A model generated the notes under the pieces. It ran no database searches. It saw only the letters and a list, made by a program, of their open reading frames with translations, and was not told the DNA's origin. Positions 25,130-37,252 of a stretch of 64,000 bases of DNA are shown here, one piece after another; the first letter of the stretch is position 1; each line of letters begins with the position of its first letter. A program made the translations under genes and the position numbers. The stretch spans positions 87,792,001 to 87,856,000 of the forward strand of contig NC_042997.1 of NCBI RefSeq assembly GCF_006345805.1, given 5' to 3'. The DNA comes from Octopus sinensis (taxonomy: Eukaryota).

Positions 25130-26002
25130 TTAATGTCTGTTATCAATGCTGGCATGGGTTGGACAGTGTGACCAGAGCTAGCAAGCTGGTGTGGGGTGGT
25201 AGGGTGTACCAGACACAAGTCTGATTTGTCATTGTTTCTATGGCTGGATGTTCTTCCTAATGCCAACTGCTTTACAGAGTGTCCTGGGTGGTTTTATGTG
25301 GCACCACATACTTGTGTTCTTTAAAAACAATATCTTGCATGCAACACATGCAAAAACAGTTGTTTCAAGCCTGTAATTTTTTTTCCAGTGCTAGTTGTTT
25401 TAGGAATAATCCAAACAGCTCAAACTTCATTCAAACAAGACCACTCTAGTAACTTTCTTCATGAAATTGCATTGTTGTTTAAGTAATGCTTGAAAGTAAT
25501 ATTTTTAAAAACAACATGTGTGAGCAAGCATATGTGTATGCATGTGTTTTGCATGCATCTGCATATATACAAATATACGTACACCCATACCTACTTATTA
25601 ACACTTACATACACATGTGCGTGCAAATGTATACATACATATAACTGGATTAGATTGCCTATGTTCAGTATAGTGCAGGATGAATGCCTCAGCATGTTCT
25701 CCCTACCATCCATGGTCTGATGTAAAGGTTGTGAATTTGAGCTTGAGCACATACTGTTTTGATAAGCCTACTGTCACACTGGCTTGACATGGCTTGGCAG
25801 AAGGGTATAGTCTTTTTTCTATACTCTTAACCTACTAGTAGCTAATTCAGTTACATTGACCTCAGTGCTTAACTGGTACTTATTATATTTGGCCTTGGCA
25901 GAATTTGAACTAAGAATGTAAGGAGAGATAAAATAACACTAAGCATTTCACCTGGTGGGCTAAAGATTCTGCCATCTCACTGTCATTATACATACATACA
26001 TT

Positions 26003-26400
26003 CTTCTATTCTTTTACTTGTTTCTGTCATTTGACTGCAGCCATTCTGGAGCACCACCCTGAAGGATTTCAGTTGAACAAATCGACTCTAGGACTTATTT
26101 CTTTGAGCCTAGTACTTACTCTATCAATTTTTTGGCCAAACCACTAAGTTATGGGGATGTAAACACCCAACACCATTGCCAAGTGGTGATGAGGGAGACA
26201 AACACAGACACAAACACACACACACATACACACATATAGGATGGGCTTCTTTCAGTTTCCATCTACCAAATCCACTCACAAGGATTTGTTCAGCCTGAGG
26301 CTATAGAAGAAGACATTTGCCCAAGGTGCCACACATTGGAACTGAATCCAGAACCATGTGATTGGAAAGCAAGCTTCTTACCATACAACCATGCCTGTGC
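26003..26400 (-). mobile_element. SINE family A copy
   Basis: Near full-length reverse complement of the family A motifs. Confidence 0.85.
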
Positions 26401-26608
26401 TATATACACACATATGTATAGATGTAGGTGTGGCTGTCTGGTTAAAAACTTGATTCCCATCTGTGTTGTCTTAGATTCAGTACCACACTGTGACTCCTTG
26501 GATAGGTGTTTTACTTTATCCCAGGGCCAATCAAAGTCTTCAAGTGGATTTTTGAAAGAAGTCCATAGTATATGTGTGATGTGCATGTGTGTGTGTATGT
26601 GTGTGTGT

Positions 26609-26674
<66 letters not shown>

Positions 26675-27090
26675 ATGTGTGTGTGTACTCTTATTTTGAC
26701 ATCATGTGATGGTTATAAGCAAGCATAGCCATCATACAAGTGATGTTGTTTTGTTTTCAGACTTAAATGTAAAACATGCCAAGCTAAGAAGAAATATTAA
26801 TTACCTTGCTTAGAAACAGGCAAAGACAGTGACTGAGAGGGCAACAAATTCCATCTAACGCATGGAAAAGTGTATGTAAAGTGACGATGATCATGATGTG
26901 GCTGTATGGTAAGAAGTTTGTTTCCCAACAACATGGTTCTGAGTTCACTCCCATTGTGTGACACCTTGGGCAAATATCTTCTATTATAGCCACAGGCTGA
27001 CCAAAACCTTGTGAGTAGATATGATAAACAGAAACTGAAAGAAGCCTATCGTATACAGTATACATATACATACATACATATATATATATC

Positions 27091-27929
27091 TTTATAATCA
27101 AGGATAAAATCTATATAAGATTTTATCAAGTAGCCAGTATGTAATAAAAAGTATAGGTAAAAATTAATGCAAAATATATAATTATATAAATATAATTATA
27201 GCAAGGGCACTAATGAGTAGGGCCACATGCTAGAAATAGATGTCAAAATGACGCTAAGAACTACATTGGCATGGGCTGAAAGTGAGGGAAATGAACAAAA
27301 AGATTTGTTTGAAAAATGGTTTAACCATAGATTGATTTCTAGTTTAGGGATGTAACATCCTTTACCATCTTCAGAATGATATAACTCAAAGTACATAGTT
27401 ATAAACATTTATATATACCCAAACGAACACAATGTATCCACAAGTGCATATACAAATGTTCGCATTTATATATGAGTTAAGTCTAATTTGTTCACCCCAG
27501 CCGCATGCAAATACGACCAAAATAATTCTGCAGTAGATAGGTTGAAGTGATTTATAATCAAGGATAAAATCTATATAAGATTTTATCAAGTATCCAGCAT
27601 GTAATGAACCATATAGGTAAAAATTAATACAAAAATATAATAATATAAATATAACTATAGTAAGGGCACTAATGAGTAGTGCCACATGCTAGAAATAGAT
27701 GCCAGTTGGCTCTGAAAACTACATTATTTATCACATTGGCATGGGCTGAAAGTGACGGAAATGAACAAAATAGATTTTTTTGAAAAAAGATTTGCCATAG
27801 ATCAATTTCTAGTTTAGGGATGTAATACCGTTTACATAAATAATGTAGTTCATAGAGCAATTTGGACCTATTTCTAGCATGTGGCACTACTTATTAGTGT
27901 TCTTACTATAATTATATTTAAATAATCAT

Positions 27930-27935
<6 letters not shown>
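27091..27935 (-). mobile_element. Non-coding partial tandem (period ~460-470 bp) with an inverted terminus; Penelope pLTR/retrozyme-like
   Basis: 27091-27355 is repeated at 27551-27825. 27836-27935 is the reverse complement of parts of 27635-27735. It contains the hammerhead at 27325-27379. Confidence 0.8.
27325..27379 (-). ncRNA. Type I hammerhead ribozyme motif with intact core
   Basis: Minus strand: TCATT-CTGAAGA-TGGTAAAGGATGTTACATCCCTAAACTA-GAAA-TCAA-TC-TATGG. Helix II is long (TGGT/ACTA plus AGGATGT/ACATCC). The second copy keeps only the 3' half (GAAATTGATCTATGG). Confidence 0.7.
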
Positions 27936-27974
<39 letters not shown>

Positions 27975-27989
27975 GTATGTATATTTTTC

Positions 27990-28992
27990 AGTGTGCACAA
28001 ATAACAAGGAAAAATAAATAAATAGTTACCTGGGTAGCAAAAAATTCACAGAAGTACCAAGGATGTTACAGCCTGCTTATAAAGGTAGAAATTCCAGAGT
28101 TTAGTGAAATGCTTTTGCATAACCGATAAATAAAGAAATAGAGTTTAACATAGGTGAAGTCAAATCTTTATACTTCTGACATATGTTTCGAAGAAAACAT
28201 TGATATTATTCCACAGGGAATAAAATGATGTAAAACAAGGCAATCTTTTCATCGGGGAAAAAAAGAAACAACACATATCAATAAGCCATTTTAAGCAAAT
28301 GTGATGACTGCATATATGATGAATAGAACACTGGCAAGTTATTTTTAAAAAAAAAACATTAATAGATTTAATGTCAAATGCAATTTAGAGAAAGAGAAGG
28401 AGGAGAAAGAAAGAAAATATCTGGAAAATAAGAGTGGAGAAATGTAGTGCAATAAATGAATGGGAATAAAGTTTAAAGGCATGGAAATAGATATATTTAG
28501 TGGAAATGTAAGAAGACAGTTAAAGGTCAAATTTTATAGATTGGTAGAAATTACTTATAGGAACTAAAGGTATGTTGTTGCCAATGTTTGCAATGATAAA
28601 TGCATTCTTTAAATGTTTACAAGTGAATTCTCTGAGAACAGGATGAGATATTCTGTTGTGTCTGGGGAGAGTCATTTTCTTTTTGTGACTTATAATTTAA
28701 CACACTCACTGGTAAAATTTCCAGACAAGAAGATTTACATTTATCATATGAAAATGACCTAAAACGAATATTCCATTCCAAATCAAATTGTTTATTATGT
28801 TCCTTCAGAGACCAAATTGATTTATTAAGCCCAGTATTGTTGTGTTTATTGATATGTATAAATGTAGAGAAGATCACATTGTTTTACATCATTTTATTCC
28901 CTCTAGAATAATACCAATGTTTTCTTTGAAACATATGTTGGAAGAATAAAGATTTGAATAACACCTGTGTTTAACTCCATTTCTTTCTTTAT

Positions 28993-28997
<5 letters not shown>
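27990..28997 (-). mobile_element. Penelope-like element 3' fragment (GIY-YIG C-terminus plus UTR) with an inverted terminal copy
   Basis: ORF 28617-28877 has HNNTGLNKSIWSLKEHNKQFDLEWNI...YDKCKSSC, the PLE endonuclease tail. 28881-28997 is the reverse complement of ~28122-28237. Confidence 0.85.
28172..28262 (-). ncRNA. Degenerate type I hammerhead in the Penelope 3' UTR
   Basis: TTCC-CCGATGA-AAAG...CTTC-GAAAC-ATAT-GTC-AGAA. Helix III is the palindrome ACATATGT. U4 is C in this copy. Confidence 0.6.
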
Positions 28998-29042
<45 letters not shown>

Positions 29043-29045
29043 CCT

Positions 29046-29118
<73 letters not shown>

Positions 29119-29165
29119 ATATACATACATACATACATATATATATGTGTGTGTGTGTGTGTGTA

Positions 29166-29996
29166 TACATGAACTGATCAATAAGTATCCGGACTGTTGT
29201 TATAGTAACAAAGCTTACACAGAGTAAAGCTGTTTGGCACGGATCAACCTTGAACTATGCTGTGCATATGCACAAAGTTTTAATGTTATAGCTTTCTTCT
29301 TCTGTTTACAGCCGTGCTTGGAAGGAAGGTGTGTAGTGAGTGATTATTGCATTCACTATGACAGAGAAAGCTGAGCAGAGAATCAAAAAGTTTGGTGATA
29401 CCTGCTCAGAGGCCTACACAAAGCTTTCAAAAAGTGTTTGTCATTCTCGACACAATCAAGATCTTGTGCAATTGAAACCCGGGTGTCTTTTTGGTTAGCG
29501 GAAAGCAGTTTTGGTACAGACATGTCTCTCATACCCAAATCTTCAGTGATAATGGACTGAACTTAACTCAAGCCAATCTGCACGACCTCTGATAACTCAG
29601 GGATGGCGATTCAATGATTTCCCCTCACAGCTGTACGCATATCTGTGTTGTTGTCCTCAGTTCTGCTGCCTCAGAATGTTCGTCACTATCGACATTTTTT
29701 TGGCCATCTTGTAAACGTCTGAAACACTTGTACATGACTCATACACTTCTCCCTTTCTGAAACTTTGCATTGGCCTCTGAGCAAGTATCGCCATGACAAC
29801 TTTTTCTGTTATGGTCAATGTGATGATCACACATTACTCTCAAGCACTGCTGTAAACAGGGGAAGTGAGCTACAATGTTAAAACTTAGTATTCATGCACG
29901 GCAGAGGTCAAGGTCAATATATGCCAAGCACTTCACCCTGTGTGCTTTAGCTTCGTTACTATGGCAACTATCCGGATACTTATTGATCAGACCTCA
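29166..29996. mobile_element. Composite of two mariner 5' ends facing each other
   Basis: TIR-like TGATCAATAAGTATCCGGA at both ends in inverted orientation. Each is followed by a homologous 5' UTR and N-terminal coding remnant (GDTCSEA). Confidence 0.8.
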
Positions 29997-30409
29997 TATA
30001 TATATTTTGCATATGCACACATACACACATGCAAGTTGATTAATACCAACTAGTTAAGAAGTTTGCTTTACAACCATGAGATCCCAGTTTTCTTCTCACT
30101 TTAGGACATCTTGAGTAAATGTCATCTCTTTGGCCTCAGATGGAAACTGTATACTAGCTTGTCAGATGGTTATACCTGCAATACAGCTTAGTCACACACT
30201 TTGCCACACTTACTCTGCTTGAAAATTGTGTTGATAGGACATGCTTCAATGGAATGTTCAGTGACTTACTTGGTAATGTAGGTGTAGGTAATTCAGTTGA
30301 TGCTGGTGGTGGTGGTGAACACAATGGCAACAGCAATAATGATGGCAGCAGAGGAAGCAGCAGCATATCATCGTCATCATCATCATTGTGATTGCTATTA
30401 TCATTATTA

Positions 30410-30860
30410 TCATCAAGGTGATGAACTGGCAGAATCATTATCACACAAGTTGAAATATTTAGCGGCATTTTACCCGTCACTGCATTCTGAGTTCAAATTC
30501 CACTGAGGTCGACTTTGCCTTTCATTCTTTTGAGGTCATTAAATTAAATACCAGTCAAGTACTGGGTTGATGTAATCAACTATCTCCATCCCGCCAAAAT
30601 TTAAGGCCTAGTACCTATAGTAGAAAGGATTATTATTTTTATCTTCAAAGTGGTGAGCTAGCAGAATCGTTAGCATGCAGGGTAAACTACTTAGCTGCAT
30701 TTTGTCCATCTTTATGTTCTGAGTTCAGATTCTGCCAAGGTCCACTTTGCCTTTCATCCTTTTGGGGTCAATAAAGTAAATACCAGATGAGCACTGTGAT
30801 TGATATAATTGACTTACACCCTCCCTCAGAATTGCTGACCTTGTGCCAAAATATGAAATC
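30410..30860 (+). mobile_element. Two adjacent SINE family B copies
   Basis: GGTGATGAACTGGCAGAATCATTA... at 30417 and GGTGAGCTAGCAGAATCGTTAGC... at 30651. Confidence 0.85.
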
Positions 30861-31620
30861 ATTGTTATTATTATTATTGTTGTTGTTGTTGTTATTATCA
30901 TAAGCATCTATTCATCATCATCATTAAATAGATAAGTAGATGTGATTGGCTGGATCTCCAATACAACAGTCTTCATAACTTGTCCACAAGATTCAACATT
31001 CAGTGATTTGATCTCACTGTTTCTCTCTGATGATCTCTTTGATCTAACCTTGATTCAAGTACTTTTACACTCTCAAAATATTTAGCATTCATCATCTATT
31101 TACATCACATAGAGAAATCACCTTAACTTTGCAAACATTAGCCAGTGTCTTCATTATCCACTCATTCATTCAGCTTGTTTGAACTCCACCTTTCATTGCT
31201 AACAGAAGTAAAAGTAATACACACACACATTTGTGTAAATAAGGAACAGTTTTTTCTTGCAAACATACATTAAAAATATGACCATGCTCAGGAGTGATAT
31301 TTTTTATTAAAAGTTTTTCCTATTCCCTTATTTGTATTTTATGTTTAGTTTGAAACAATCACATTTCAAAATCCATTAGTCTGACATTTTGTGGTTTTTA
31401 CAATATCATTTTCAGATTAAACTGCTATAATGGCAAGTAGACCATGCATTCTGCATGAAGTTGCAAAGGTTCTTAGTAATAGTTTTATAGTTGATAAAGT
31501 CCACAATGCCAGATTAAAAATTTTGAACCAGTAAATCCTGGTAGATTTCATCATATCACAACATATTTTTTGCATGTCATGAATGTGTGCATGTGTGTGT
31601 GTATGTGTGTGTGCGTGCGT

Positions 31621-31664
<44 letters not shown>

Positions 31665-32155
31665 CTATTTATATTTACATGCATACATACACACACACAT
31701 ATACATCTGGAAGCGCATGACTTCATGGTTAGGAGAGTTGCACTCATAATTGTAAGACTATGATTTTGATTCCTGGTCCAGGCAATGTGTTGTATTCTGG
31801 AGTGAAACACTTTATTTCATGTTGCTCCAGTTCACTCAGCTGGCAAAAATAAGCAATCTTGTGACAGACCAGCTTCTTGTCCAGTTGGGGAGTATATATG
31901 TCACAATCCAGGAAACCAGCCTTATGACCTTATGGCTTAAGAAGGACCTTTGATCCTTTTTTTGATACATTTACATAAGTATATACATGTGTGTGTGATG
32001 ATGATGATGATGTATTTATATATAGTTGAAATTTACAGAAAATCAAAAGAAGGAAACATGGGGATGAACAACAAACTGGTGTACTAGTTTGATGCTTGGA
32101 AAAGTGAGAAAGTCTTTTGTGTTTTGAGCCTATGCTATTCAACAGAAAGGAATAT

Positions 32156-32230
<75 letters not shown>

Positions 32231-32325
32231 TTTATTATTAAAGCTGCAAAAACATCGCAAAAATATCACAAAAATCTGCTACTCAGAGTTTCATGTTCCT
32301 GTTCGTCGGACAGTTGTGATTAAGA
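32231..32325 (-). repeat. Hammerhead-bearing short repeat; inverted partner at 33241-33332
   Basis: Minus strand 32314-32276 reads ACTGT-CCGACGA-ACAGGAACAT-GAAA-CTCTGAG-TA-GCAG. Confidence 0.7.
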
Positions 32326-32344
32326 ATGAGACATGAATTAAGGT

Positions 32345-32930
32345 TATATGTATAAATATCATCATCATCGACGTCGTCGGTGTTTAACGTCTGCTTTCCA
32401 TGCTGGCATGGCCTGGACGGTTTGACTGAGGACTGGTGAGCCAGAAAGCTACACCAGGCTCAATCTCATCTAGCAAAGTTTCTACAGCTGGATGCCCTTC
32501 CTAATGCCAACCACTCCGAGAGTGTAGTGGCTGCTATTATGTGCCTCTGGCATGAGGGCCAGTCAGGCGGTTTTGACAACGATCATGCTCAAAGGTGCAA
32601 CCTACACGGGTGCCAGTCTGGCGGTACTGGCAATGACCACGCTCGAATGTTGTTTTTCACATGCCACCAGCACATGTTCCGGTAAGGCAACTCTGGCAAT
32701 GATCATATTCAAATGGTGCTTTTTATGTACCACCAGCATGGGAGCCAATGCATGGCCCTGGCAACGATCACGCTCGGATGTGCTTTTAACGTTCCACTGG
32801 CACGAGTGCCAATCAGGCGGTACTGTCATCGGCCACATCAGCAACTTTGATTTGATTTCACTTGCCTCAATAGGTCTTCACAAGCAAAGTTTATTGTCCA
32901 ATAAATGAGGGGTACTCATAAGTGGGGTAG
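32345..32930 (-). mobile_element. Family C retroposon 3' UTR copy
   Basis: (CAT) tail, the conserved CCATGCTGGCATGG...GGATGCCCTTCCTAATGCCAACCACTCCG block, and degenerate ~60 bp internal repeats. Confidence 0.85.
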
Positions 32931-32938
32931 TTACCCCC

Positions 32939-33196
32939 ACAATTTACATTGACAGATATACATTTGAATTTGGTTCCATTTTTATTGGTCATTTCAACTA
33001 ATGGGTTTATTTTAAGAAACGGTGATATAAAATTAAATATCATATTATGTAAAATTGAAGAAAACCTTAAATGAGCTTTGATTTTACATAGTACGATATT
33101 TAATTTTATATCACTGTTTCTTAAAAAAAAATGTTAGTTGAAATGACCAGTGAAAATGAAACCAAATTCAAACGTGTATCTGTCAATGTAAATTGT
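32939..33196. mobile_element. Foldback MITE with ~115 bp inverted arms
   Basis: ACAATTTACATTGACAGATATACATTTGAATTTGG... pairs with ...CCAAATTCAAACGTGTATCTGTCAATGTAAATTGT, with a short central spacer. Confidence 0.9.
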
Positions 33197-33240
33197 ACAA
33201 TATATTTATATATAAAAACCTTAATTCTTGTCCCATTCTC

Positions 33241-33332
33241 AATCACAACTGTCTAACAAACAGGAACGTGAAACTCTGAGTAGCAGTTTTTTGTGATATT
33301 TCTATGATGTTTTTGCAGCTTGAATAATAAAG
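33241..33332 (+). repeat. Hammerhead-bearing short repeat, inverted copy of 32231-32325
   Basis: 33248-33287 reads ACTGT-CTAACAA-ACAGGAACGT-GAAA-CTCTGAG-TA-GCAGT; the core is decayed. Confidence 0.7.
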
Positions 33333-33467
33333 CATATAACTCTACCTCTGGTATTTGAGTGCTATTTTTTTCCACCTTGCTTCACATTTATATGCTTACT
33401 CTGGTATATATATATATATATATACATACAAACAATATAAATATATATATATATACATACATATATA

Positions 33468-34130
33468 TGAGGGGAAGTCAAAAATTATCCACACTTTCAC
33501 CATAACATGTTTTTATTATTGTCCCACTGCCTTCTGTGCATGCATGCTTATAGTTGGTACTATTGAGGTTATGTGATCAAAGTTTGATCCTGATCATGCC
33601 ATTTTTCCTTCTGGCTTTATAAGTAGAGCAGCCCCACTAGCAATGTTCCCCAAAGAAGAACAAAGAGCAGTGATCCGATCAACAGTGTATGATCAACAAT
33701 GCAAGATACAGTGCTTTGCTGGCCAACAAACCGAAGCCAGCAATTCGCACCAAACACCAAAACCTATTGTTGAAAGAACCTTTGTTGTTCATGACATTGA
33801 GGTTATGCCCAGACCATTGAAAGCATTAACCAATTGGGCTTTGAGGCACTGAAGCACCCTGCCTACAGCCCAGATCCCACCCCTCCGACTATCATATATT
33901 TGGACTGCTCAGAGATGGTTTACAAGATCATCGATTTCCTATGGGCGAAGACATAAAGGAAGTGGTGCATGAATGGTTGCATAACCAACTTAAAACTTTC
34001 TTCTTGGAGGGAATATGCAAATTTGTGGACTGCTGGACCAAGTGCATCAAAAAGGAAGGAGACTATATAGAAAAATGACGTACTTGTTTATCCCCTGCTT
34101 TTGTGTAGATACATTTTATTATAGTTCAGA
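33468..34130 (+). mobile_element. Internally deleted DD34D mariner
   Basis: TA|TGAGGGGAAGTCAAAAATT start and HPAYSPDPTPSDYHIFG...FFLEGI..FVDCWTKCIKKEGDYIEK*. Confidence 0.85.
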
Positions 34131-34695
34131 AAATCGAACATTTTGCCAAATGAAGAACAAAAGACAGATGTGGAGTCTAATATATATTATTATTTTATTG
34201 ACATTCATGGCTTTTGTAACAAAGGGCCCATCAGCTTCAGATACTCTTGCATTCAGGGAAATGTTTGAAGTTGCTGTTTTAATAGCTGCTATGGTACAGG
34301 AGATATTCCAGCAGCCCAGATTGTCAAATTGAAAACTTACTTATAAGGACTTTAAATTCATTTAATTTTGTTAGGGATCATCATTTTAAAGTTAATGTAA
34401 CAAGTGTAAAATAAATGATGATCAGCAAAGAAATTAAGATAGAATGGATCAAAAGTCTTTGGCAGATTTCAGACAGTCTAAAGATATCTGGAACATCTGA
34501 GATTTTGAAAGACATATTAAATCACTGACTATTGTTGAATTTATTCTGTATGGCATCACTTTGAACAGTAGCTTCATGAATTTGGGGCTGTTGAGTTTTG
34601 GAAACTTTCAGTTTATCAGCATTACTGTATTGACACCTTGTACATGGAACACTATTTGAACTATTACATGGTATTTTGCTGGAATCAGTGATTAA

Positions 34696-34920
34696 TCCTT
34701 TAGCATTTAAAGCAGCCACATTCAGCCAAAATATTCTTACAGTTTTAAGGTGAAACTTGCCAGATTCAGCTTCTCCCACCTACCCTACAATGTAATTCTA
34801 AAAATAAACAATCACATCATCACATCATTAAAATCTCAAAGCTATGAGATAATGCATGATTGTTGTGAAAACAATGTGAATAAATATTACATTTGACAGA
34901 GTAATCTGAATGTTAAAGGG
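34696..34920. mobile_element. piggyBac-type MITE
   Basis: TTAA flanks at 34692-34695 and 34921-34924; termini TCCTTTAGCATT and AATGTTAAAGGG. Confidence 0.8.
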
Positions 34921-35609
34921 TTAAAACTAAAATCTGAGAAGAGAAGATTAGCAATATTGTCTCCTTACTTGTGTATATCATGAATTGTTTCTCTTGAGTT
35001 AAGCTGTCTGTCGTGTGTAAAGAGACTAGCACTGGTGTTCTGCTCATCTAGTAAACAACACTAGTGTTAGTGTATGAACTTATGGATTATGGAGTATAAT
35101 GTAGTTATAAAAAATATTCAGAAAAATGAAAGCAAAAATAGGAATTGTATGACTGGTTGCGTAATGTAAAGATATATTTGAATAAGTAGAAAAAATGTTT
35201 TATTGTTTATGTATAAAAAAGGGAAATATTTGAGTGTACATATAAAATAAAATACAATAAATAAATAAATAATGATATGATTCAATCTTGTTAGCTGAAG
35301 GCTTTTTTGACCATTCATAAAATGTCATTCACATGCAGATACAATAATGACAAAGAAATAAAAGAAATGAAGACAAAAGAAAAGACAAAAAGCATGAAAA
35401 ATCTACAGAAAGTCTTAGTAAAATGTTGATTTGAGAACAATTTCAAAGTACAGGTTTTCATTCATAAAAACCATGTGAGGTGATCAACAAGCATACACCA
35501 CTGCACATATGGAATAGTTAAATGGAAAACAAAGAAACTGCTAGAAACTTCTTGTGAATATTTTTAGAGAGGATTTGCTTTCTGAAAATTACAAAATAAC
35601 CTTTTTGAG

Positions 35610-36960
35610 TTTTGTAAGTTTGTATCCATATTGCTGCTAAGTTCAAGTTGTTCACACTCTATAATAGTTTAAAATCTTTTCTGCTAAACAAAGATGACAA
35701 CTCAGCTTCTTTTCTGTCGATTCCAGGACATGTAAGTAGGTGCAAAAACAAGGAGTGACCATTTTATATTGAAGGTACTATCTCTATTTTGCTTTAATCT
35801 CCAAATGTGTTTCAAAAGACTGCAAGCAAATTTTCTGTTTGGATAGACCAACAAGTATTTGTGTCAATAAAATCTAATCTTAAATTCATTTCCTGTTGAT
35901 CTGATGTAAGATTTCATTTACAAGCTATCGTTCAGTTCCACCTTGTCAAAGTATAGCAAGGAACTGGCAAGACAATTTCCATTAAGCATATAAGAATTTC
36001 TACAATTACACCTGCTCTTAGTTTTGATATTACTATTATTTAACACATGCTCTGCATTAATTAAATTTATACATCTGTCAACATTTTTGCAACTTTAATA
36101 AGATACTTTAATGGAATTTCTATTAGAGATTTTATGATAGCTGTGTTCTTCATCAAAATGGAATGATACTAGCTCAAGAACTCTTTGGAAATATTTATTC
36201 TAACATTTTGGTTATATTCATTCCAACGTTTAGACTAAAAATTGAATTGTACAGCAGAATTTTCCTATTTGTATTTCAACATTTGAGAGTTACAAACCTG
36301 GATATATACTTTGCCTTGTCTGAAAATACCATTCAATTTTTATCTTTTATATTTTTTGCTTATTTCAGTCATTAGATTGTGGCCATGCTGGAGCACCACC
36401 TTGAAGAATTTTCAGTCAAATAGATTGACTCCAGTACATTTTTTTTAAAGCCTGGTACTTATTTTTATTGGTCTCTCTGGCCAAACTGCTAGGTTATGGG
36501 GACATAAATACACAAACACCAGTTTTCAAGTGGTGGAGGGAGAGAAAAACACATATGCACACACACACACACACACAATGAACTTCTTTCAGTTTCTGCC
36601 TACCAAGTCCACTCATAAGGCTTTGGTTCACCTGAGGCTATAGTAGAAGACACTTGCCCCCAAAATGCCACACAGCGTGTCTGAGCCCAGAATCATGTGT
36701 TTGGAAAGTAAGCTTTTTACCACACAGCCTTTGTTATCGAAATGTAATACTATTGCAAAAGCATTTGCATCTGAAGATAGTATGATATGTGGTTACAAAA
36801 TTGTGGAGGACATTTTGCAAATGATTAGAACCTTTATTTACATAAAATAACCTTACATCAGGCTTGTAATAAGGGAAAAATTTGTTTGCATCTATTTCAA
36901 GAAAGTTAACTTCCTTTAGTAATTTTGATTCTAATTCACTGAACACTAAAATTATATTTC
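35610..36960 (-). mobile_element. Decayed Penelope-like element (RT thumb region to GIY-YIG), interrupted by a family A SINE at ~36355-36730
   Basis: KEVNFLEI...PYYKP...YVNKGSNH (36734-36946), NRKILLYNSIFSLNVGMNI, RNSIKVSY, and KSRCNCRNSYMLNGNCLASSLLY. Confidence 0.85.
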
Positions 36961-37252
36961 TCTGAATCTGTGTATTTCAGTGGTTCTCAATTGGGGTCTA
37001 AACGCACAACACACATACACTCACAAGGCACAAACATGGTGGTGTATTTAAGAAGTTCTCATAACCATGTGGTTTGGGATTCAGTTACATTGCATGGCAC
37101 CTTGGGCACTTTTCATATTCTAAAGCTCTGGCTGAAAAGCAACATGATGACAGGAAACCAAGTTGTATGGCAGAAAGGTAACAAGAGTACAATGGTAGAC
37201 AAAGGAAAACAAAATGATAACAGGCAGTAAGATTACTTACTGAATCCTTTAA

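Noticed and set aside
34444-34659. 72-codon frame with a single in-frame TGA, suggesting a selenoprotein
   Set aside because: No selenoprotein motif, no SECIS seen and no homology; consistent with chance.
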